Position numbers and translations under genes: made by a program. Positions 60,780 through 64,000 of a stretch of 64,000 nucleotides of DNA are shown in pieces (position 1 is the stretch's first letter; every line of letters starts with the position of its first letter). The notes under the pieces were generated by a model. That model had not been told where the DNA came from and did not search any database. It saw nothing but the letters and a program-made list of their open reading frames with translations. The DNA is taken from NCBI GenBank assembly GCA_965242525.1, contig OZ251459.1:1536001-1600000 (forward strand). Reading direction: 5' to 3'. The stretch is from an uncultured Candidatus Binatia bacterium (GTDB lineage: Bacteria; Desulfobacterota; Binatia; UBA9968; JAJDTQ01).

Positions 60780-61818
60780 GCTTCTCCAAATGTGTCAGGA
60801 TGGAGCAGCCGATGGCCTCGCCAAGCCTGACCGGAACTGCGTTTCCTATCAATCGCGCGACCTGGGTTATCCCAACGGACTCCTCTTCCGAGACGAACGA
60901 ATAGTCCTTGGGGAACGTCTGCAGGAGAGCGCCCTCGCGCAACGAGATTGCGCGATCCTGGACGGGGTGCCCAAACCTGCCATTGCCAAACCCGATGAAT
61001 TGGGTGGTGATGGTTGGAGCCAAGTCCTCCCATCGCATCCGGCCATAGACGCCCGGATAGGTCTGTCCGGTCTCCCTGGCATGACATTCCGCAACGAGAC
61101 CCTGGCTCCAATCACGCCACGTTCCGCCGGGTTTGGAGTTGCGGATGCGTTCGAGATTCCGGGTCGAGAGAACACTCGACATGTGCAACGGGTCGGACGC
61201 CGACGCTTCACCTGCTCCGATCTCATCCAGGTGTCGGATCGAGTCCCCTACGGTGATGAATTCGCTCCTGGCATGAGTCGGAGGCGTCAACTCGATGTGG
61301 CCGAGCCTCGACGCAAACAGCACGAGACGCCTCCTGGTTTGTGGAACTCCATAGCTGGCGCATCTCGCAACCTGGTAATGGACGTTATACGCCTTGCTTT
61401 CGAGAACACTCAGGAAGTCGCCGAAGACGGTGTGTTTTTCGAGGCGCGGCACGTTTTCCATCGTGACGACTTCAGGGAGCGTCCTTTCGACCACTTCCCC
61501 GAACTTGGAAAGCAGTTGCCACTCTCCCTTCCGTACACGGCCCGTGCTGGCATAAGACGAAAACGGCTGGCATGGCGTGCATCCGGCCAGGACCCGGATG
61601 GAATTCGGGGGGAAGAGAGAGGCTATGAACCCTGGCGATAGATCGGCCAAGTCCTCTTCGTAGAACTTCGCCCCGACGTTCGCCTCGAACGGATGCCGGC
61701 AAGCCGGATCGATGTCGATCCCGGCAACTACGTCCACGCCCGCCTGCTTCATTCCATAGGAAAGCCCGCCCGCGCCGCAGAACAGGTCGATGGCGGTTGG
61801 CGCTGAGGTAGCGGTCAT
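60766..61818 (-). CDS. dcm: DNA (cytosine-5) methyltransferase
   Basis: DLFCGAGG, PCQPFS, MENVP, VPQTRRR, REGALLQTFP, GNAVP. Confidence 0.92.
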   Translation of the reverse strand: MTATSAPTAIDLFCGAGGLSYGMKQAGVDVVAGIDIDPACRHPFEANVGAKFYEEDLADLSPGFIASLFPPNSIRVLAGCTPCQPFSSYASTGRVRKGEWQLLSKFGEVVERTLPEVVTMENVPRLEKHTVFGDFLSVLESKAYNVHYQVARCASYGVPQTRRRLVLFASRLGHIELTPPTHARSEFITVGDSIRHLDEIGAGEASASDPLHMSSVLSTRNLERIRNSKPGGTWRDWSQGLVAECHARETGQTYPGVYGRMRWEDLAPTITTQFIGFGNGRFGHPVQDRAISLREGALLQTFPKDYSFVSEEESVGITQVARLIGNAVPVRLGEAIGCSILTHLEKHDGL

Positions 61819-61934
61819 ACCCCTGTCCCCTCTGTCCGCCAATGACGGAATCGGATCAGGATAGGCAAACGGCACGCTGCCATGTCACCTGCACCCTTTC
61901 GCTTGGAGACGAAAGCCTCACCTGGACATCCTTT

Positions 61935-63308
<1,374 letters not shown>

Positions 63309-63397
63309 GTCTCGCCTCTACCTTCAACGGAACGCCGATACAAACCCCTTGGGCGGTTCCGGCCGGCCCCGGCGGCCCGTCCGGGCGCGGAGGGCCG

Positions 63398-64000
63398 CTA
63401 TTGTCGAATCGCCGCGTTCTGCTCCGCGACGGGGAAGACGAGGGATTTGATGACCACCGGGACGGCGCCCGAGGAAGGGATGAGGGCGCCCACATCGATG
63501 TAGTCGAACTCCTGCAGCACGATGCCGTCCACGGAGATGATGGGCCGGTCGAACTTCATTTCCTCTTTGAAATGGAGACCCAGGATGCCGCCGATGTCGC
63601 CGTCGTTGACCAGGATCAACGGATGCCCCTTGTCGAGCAGGATCCGGAGACCGTCCGCCACCGCGCCGCAGAACGCCTGCAGGCGGTGGAACGTGGCGGA
63701 TCCCTGCCAGTGGAAGGCCAGGGCCACCGGCTGGCGGCCGGACTGGAGGTCCAGCCGCCGGAGCGCCGCGTCGATGGCGGCCATGACCTTTTCCCGGTCC
63801 ACATGGTCGTCCCACTGGAAGTCCACGCTCACCACCGGCACGTTCCGGACCGGGACGGCTTCCGGCGGCGCGATGAAGATGGTGCTGCCGCTCACCTGGA
63901 TGGTGTACTGGGAGGCCCCGATGACGGTAGCGCGGATGCGCGCCGAAGGCTCCAGTATGGGTATGTCCAGACCCTCCACCCGCCGGCGGATCTCCCGGCC
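63398..64000 (-). CDS. eutA: EutA-family reactivating factor (5' end outside the window)
   Basis: IRATVIGASQYTIQVSGSTI..DYIDVG..VPVVIKSL.F. Confidence 0.7.
   Translation of the reverse strand, partial: GREIRRRVEGLDIPILEPSARIRATVIGASQYTIQVSGSTIFIAPPEAVPVRNVPVVSVDFQWDDHVDREKVMAAIDAALRRLDLQSGRQPVALAFHWQGSATFHRLQAFCGAVADGLRILLDKGHPLILVNDGDIGGILGLHFKEEMKFDRPIISVDGIVLQEFDYIDVGALIPSSGAVPVVIKSLVFPVAEQNAAIRQ

Noticed and set aside
50340-61818. Calling island 2 DISARM or BREX
   Set aside because: No recognisable DrmA/DrmB (DUF1998), PglZ or BrxC

Overview
High-GC bacterial window. The gene content (single-chain gcvP, tatA, zinc-ribbon/DUF3426 protein, NHLP precursor, Sel1 repeats, REP-like repeats) looks Deltaproteobacteria/Binatia-like, which is an inference. 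In order it contains: a cobalamin riboswitch with a BtuB-like receptor; a minus-strand catabolic cluster (LLM oxidoreductase, hydantoinase/oxoprolinase A and B, SDR, KDPG aldolase, dihydroxyphthalate-decarboxylase-like protein, adenine deaminase); accessory/defence island 1 (~15.0-22.1 kb: DUF2442, vapB with broken vapC, a split reader/nuclease pair, and an operon of a membrane protein plus two dynamin-like GTPases, one ending in a NusA-KH-like module); bolA; a UGA-interrupted UxxC selenoprotein; an orphan NHLP RiPP precursor with a structured leader; a SAM-I riboswitch controlling moeB-thrC-like-moaD-cysM; tatA; folD-gcvT-gcvH-gcvP; an ald-DHH-cupin-lipoprotein-TPR operon; a (Cys-X)15 protein next to a Sel1 protein; ridA; enoyl-CoA hydratase, aldehyde dehydrogenase and an ABC exporter; defence island 2 (~50.3-61.8 kb: PLD-SNF2 helicase, type IIG R-M enzyme, vsr, IS630, GHKL-nuclease, dcm); thrC; and a partial eutA-like gene. 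The best candidates for an undescribed system are the twin-GTPase operon, the poly-CX/Sel1 pair and the SAM-regulated sulfur-carrier operon. All calls come from reading motifs by eye; no searches were run.
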